Origin: Fibrobacterales bacterium
GTDB taxonomy: Bacteria; Fibrobacterota; Fibrobacteria; Fibrobacterales; JAOPTW01
Assembly (NCBI GenBank): GCA_051532035.1
Contig: JAOPTW010000058.1
Location: forward strand, 1-17,701
Reading direction: 5' to 3'
Length of the DNA stretch: 17,701 nucleotides
Part shown: positions 14,709 to 17,701 of the stretch, piece by piece
Layout: each line of letters starts with the position of its first letter
Numbering within the stretch: position 1 is the stretch's first letter
The notes under the pieces: generated by a model
What the model was told of the DNA's origin: nothing
The model's database searches: none
Seen by the model: the letters and a program-made list of their open reading frames with translations, nothing else
Program-made: the position numbers and the translations under genes

Positions 14709-16169
14709 CTACAGTGATTCGTACCACTCTTCGACAGCGCTGAGGCCTTCTCTGAGAATCTTTTTTTCTTCTGCTATAGCGGCTTTCCATTTCTTGGGTT
14801 TTAAGGCACCTGTTTTAGGAAATCCATCTCCATGAGTAGTATATGCTTCTTTAGTCGCATCATTAATCTGACCTTTCCATTTGTCGATCATGGTCTCAGC
14901 CATTGGGTAGACATCATTGATGAGTCTATCTAATGCTTCTTTTGCTTCGTCGGGGAAACAGAGCCAGTGGCCCATAAACTGATTGTCTACTGGGCTTTCG
15001 CATTGTAATGCATCAAGTACGTCCTCATGCTTCATATGGTCTTTAGAGAAGTCGTTCGGTCGACCGTGAATTGATAGGTGGGCGTTGTCTGTGTCCCACG
15101 GTATTGAATAGAGCTTGCCTTCGGTGGGGTCAGAATACCAATATGAGTTATGACCCATGTACTGAATGCGGAGGTAGGGACTATCCCAGTGTCTTAGGGC
15201 AGCGGAGGTGAGTATCGTGCTCACCAGTTGAGGTACATCCCACCATTTGCTAATCACTTCTTTAATTTCGTCTTCTGTGGAGGCGTCCAGTATCTCTTGT
15301 TCAAACGTCTGCATGGCCGTAAATGTTGGGTTTTCGTCCTCATTAGTTTTGAGGGCATTCATAAATGTAGTATCATGGGTGAGGGAGTCTCCGGCTACGG
15401 GAAGTAATTCTTTATACAGATTTCCTTCACCATCTTCCCAGTGCTCTCTTGTAAAGCGACCATCTACCTGTTCTACTAGAGAAAAAAGTCCTATGAGTTC
15501 GTCATTAATTTTAAGTTGCGCATGGACGAGTCGCGGTGCTGGGTTTCCCATTTCTCTATGGAACCAATAGGCTATGCGTTCCCGTAATTGACTATCATAA
15601 TGATGCATATGATGAAATTGGAGTTTCTTAAGTGAGAAAAATTTTCTATCAGGGTCGGTATCGGTATTAAACTTTACTTTCGTAGAAAGTTTGATACATG
15701 TTTTTATACCGCCCAAGCCATAATGCTCTGAATCTCCACAAGGATACCAGGCGCCCCGCCCACCTTTATAGCGTACTTGGATGTCGCGTATGGTGTCACC
15801 TTCAAAAACTATGTGGGCACTTTCGTATACTTCTGCCATAGGGTCAGCGTCGAGGCGTTCCAATGCATCGGGTTCAATAAGTATATTGTATACTTTGACT
15901 GGTGCATCATCATTAAAAATATAATCACTGTCGGCTGTTTCTGGGTTGCCAGAGGTGCCACTATGGTCTTCACTGCTTGGATCGTCTGGGCTGGCGGTGG
16001 TGCCACTGTGGCCCTCATTACTTGAGTCGCTATTATGTTGTTCTGAGGAATGAGTGTCTGAATCATGATCATCATCACTTTGAGTTGGTTCTGCACAGGC
16101 ATAGAAGAGCATACTGCTTACAAGTACAATTCCTGAGAGTAACAAGTGTTTGGTGTTGTGTCTTTTCAT
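14709..16169 (-). CDS. CotH-family kinase lipoprotein (paralog 2)
   Basis: Lipobox FYAC; Ser/Asp/His-rich linker; motifs VRYKGG, LSTKVKFNTD, LKKLQFH, LRERIAY, VEQVDGRF, GNLYKE, HNSYWY, IPWDTD. Confidence 0.88.
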   Translation of the reverse strand: MKRHNTKHLLLSGIVLVSSMLFYACAEPTQSDDDHDSDTHSSEQHNSDSSNEGHSGTTASPDDPSSEDHSGTSGNPETADSDYIFNDDAPVKVYNILIEPDALERLDADPMAEVYESAHIVFEGDTIRDIQVRYKGGRGAWYPCGDSEHYGLGGIKTCIKLSTKVKFNTDTDPDRKFFSLKKLQFHHMHHYDSQLRERIAYWFHREMGNPAPRLVHAQLKINDELIGLFSLVEQVDGRFTREHWEDGEGNLYKELLPVAGDSLTHDTTFMNALKTNEDENPTFTAMQTFEQEILDASTEDEIKEVISKWWDVPQLVSTILTSAALRHWDSPYLRIQYMGHNSYWYSDPTEGKLYSIPWDTDNAHLSIHGRPNDFSKDHMKHEDVLDALQCESPVDNQFMGHWLCFPDEAKEALDRLINDVYPMAETMIDKWKGQINDATKEAYTTHGDGFPKTGALKPKKWKAAIAEEKKILREGLSAVEEWYESL

Positions 16170-16213
16170 TGGAGTTCTCTGTTGGTATAGGTGTATTGTG
16201 GCTGACGGTGTCG

Positions 16214-17077
16214 TTATTTTTTTGGAACAAAGTTGAGAGAAATATTTTTATAGTTCTCACTCTTATCAGAAATGGTAAATTTCGTATTATTAAGAGTGAA
16301 TTTGACAGCATGGTGGGGGCCGGCTTCGTTTTGTTCTGTAAATTCCATGTGTAATTTGTATTTCCCCGCTGTAACTTGTTTCCCCTTATGGTTTTTTAAA
16401 TTCCAAGAGATGTTTCTTTTACTATGTCCGTTGGCTGATGCTCCGGTTATGGCATCGAGTAATCCAAGTCCAATAGATGATTTAGCCTTTTGCCATTTGT
16501 ATAAGTAGGTTGGACGATAGTGATGGTTTTGTACTTTAGCTTTGAGAGACCGTACAAACGTTCCGTCTGCTTTGGTAACCCAAATGGCATAATAATTCTT
16601 GGGTGCATATTCTCCATTATAGGTAACGGGGGTGAAAGAGACGGTGAGGGTTCCTCGGGGCGAAGGTTGTTTGATGGTTGTCTGTGAACTACTTGATGTT
16701 TCGGAGCTACTTATAAGGGCGGAGCTACTGAGGGCTGAAGAACTACTCGGTTCAATAGGCTTTCCTTTTGACGATGAAGAAGGGTGTGCCGCACTGATAT
16801 GTTCTATGCTTGATACTGCCTCGCTGCTTATAGATGGATGAGTGCTACTTACACTATTGAAACTAACTGAAATATTCCATTCGGTGTGTGAACTCTGTGA
16901 GGCAGAACTATGTTTTGATGTAGTTTGTGTTGAAAGGTTGCTCGATTCTCTAGAGGATTCAACGAGATCTTCCCATGAACTCATTTCAATTACTGAAGAT
17001 TTTGGTTCATTAGGGGTTACACACGAAGTGAACAGGATAAAGGGTACAGAAATTACAAGTAACAAAAAATGTTTCAT
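16214..17077 (-). CDS. DUF2271-domain lipoprotein with long Ser-rich linker
   Basis: Lipobox FTSC; ~115-aa Ser-rich linker; YYAIWV...GTFVRSL...W...DAITGAS...WNLKNHKGKQVTAGKYKLHMEFTE. Confidence 0.82.
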   Translation of the reverse strand: MKHFLLLVISVPFILFTSCVTPNEPKSSVIEMSSWEDLVESSRESSNLSTQTTSKHSSASQSSHTEWNISVSFNSVSSTHPSISSEAVSSIEHISAAHPSSSSKGKPIEPSSSSALSSSALISSSETSSSSQTTIKQPSPRGTLTVSFTPVTYNGEYAPKNYYAIWVTKADGTFVRSLKAKVQNHHYRPTYLYKWQKAKSSIGLGLLDAITGASANGHSKRNISWNLKNHKGKQVTAGKYKLHMEFTEQNEAGPHHAVKFTLNNTKFTISDKSENYKNISLNFVPKK

Positions 17078-17110
17078 AAGGGAGACCTTAGGTTGCTTAA
17101 AAATAGTGAG

Positions 17111-17701
17111 TTATTCACATTCCTCTGATTGACGTACAATGCCCATTTTATGAGAAACGTTGGTTTGTTTTCCTGAATCAAACGTTGTTTTTACCTTCCA
17201 GTGATACACTCCTGAACCAGCTTTCCGTCCTTCCGAATCCTTTAAGTCCCACACAAGTTCATTGAGGAAGTAATTATCAATGTCCGTTTGTGATCGTCTG
17301 TTTTCATTGGTGTATTCGCCACAAGAGCCGAACGTTTGAGACCATGTTGTGATAAATTGTCCAAGTTGATCATAGACGTAAATGGTAGAGGTGTAAGGGC
17401 CTTCTTGAGCAAAGGTCCCCACGATTAGTGAGGCTAAGCATTTTCGGTCAAAGGAGGATGTTGTGGTAACACTACTCTGTTCATCATCCCGAGTGTCGTC
17501 ATCACATTCATAGTGGGGGTCGAGTACTCCATCACGAAATTGTACTGGTGCAATCCACCTTTTGGGAAGTGAAACGTGGTCAGGAGATTTTTCTTCGAGT
17601 ATGGTTCCTTCGCTATCATATATTGGAAACATTTGTGTATCAATAGATCGAGTTCGATCGTTTATTCCTACAATGGGGGTACGGAAGGTAATGCCTGTTC
17701 C
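17111..17701 (-). CDS. C-terminal part of a large exported protein with Fibrobacter-type (FlgD-Ig/T9SS-CTD-like) C-terminal domain (5'-truncated)
   Basis: The frame is open from 17701 (GTGITFRTPIVGINDRTRSIDTQM...). Motif IYVYDQLGQFI...WDLKDSEGRKAGSGVYHWKV...MGIVR. Confidence 0.75.
   Translation of the reverse strand, partial: GTGITFRTPIVGINDRTRSIDTQMFPIYDSEGTILEEKSPDHVSLPKRWIAPVQFRDGVLDPHYECDDDTRDDEQSSVTTTSSFDRKCLASLIVGTFAQEGPYTSTIYVYDQLGQFITTWSQTFGSCGEYTNENRRSQTDIDNYFLNELVWDLKDSEGRKAGSGVYHWKVKTTFDSGKQTNVSHKMGIVRQSEECE

Noticed and set aside
15247..17132. Several + strand ORFs antisense to the CotH-2 and DUF2271 genes
   Set aside because: They are antisense shadows of well-supported genes and have no motifs of their own.

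Overview
AT-rich bacterial window, most likely from a Fibrobacterota genome (it has a TIGR02147-like gene and Fibrobacter-style C-terminal domains). It carries 12 well-supported CDSs, two of them cut by the window edges, almost all encoding exported proteins. Eight are predicted lipoproteins, most with Ser/Thr-rich linkers: a TIM-barrel sugar isomerase, a collagen/receptor-L-domain protein, two CotH-family kinases, a small Cys-rich protein, a CBM11-like partner of the TIGR02147 protein, a discoidin-PKD-GH5 glycanase and a DUF2271 protein. The most striking unexplained signal is non-coding. A 28-bp element made of 11-bp-spaced direct repeats (TGTACTCA-N3-TGTTCGCA-N3-GTAAAA) occurs six times, only in intergenic DNA. 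In all four + strand copies it lies 46-47 bp upstream of a TATATT box. One copy precedes the TIGR02147 HTH gene, and one precedes an ORF-less, highly structured ~150-nt candidate small RNA. Together these suggest an undescribed regulon: operator, TIGR02147 regulator with a coupled carbohydrate-binding lipoprotein, surface enzymes and an sRNA. All family assignments are from motif recognition by eye; no database search or folding program was run.
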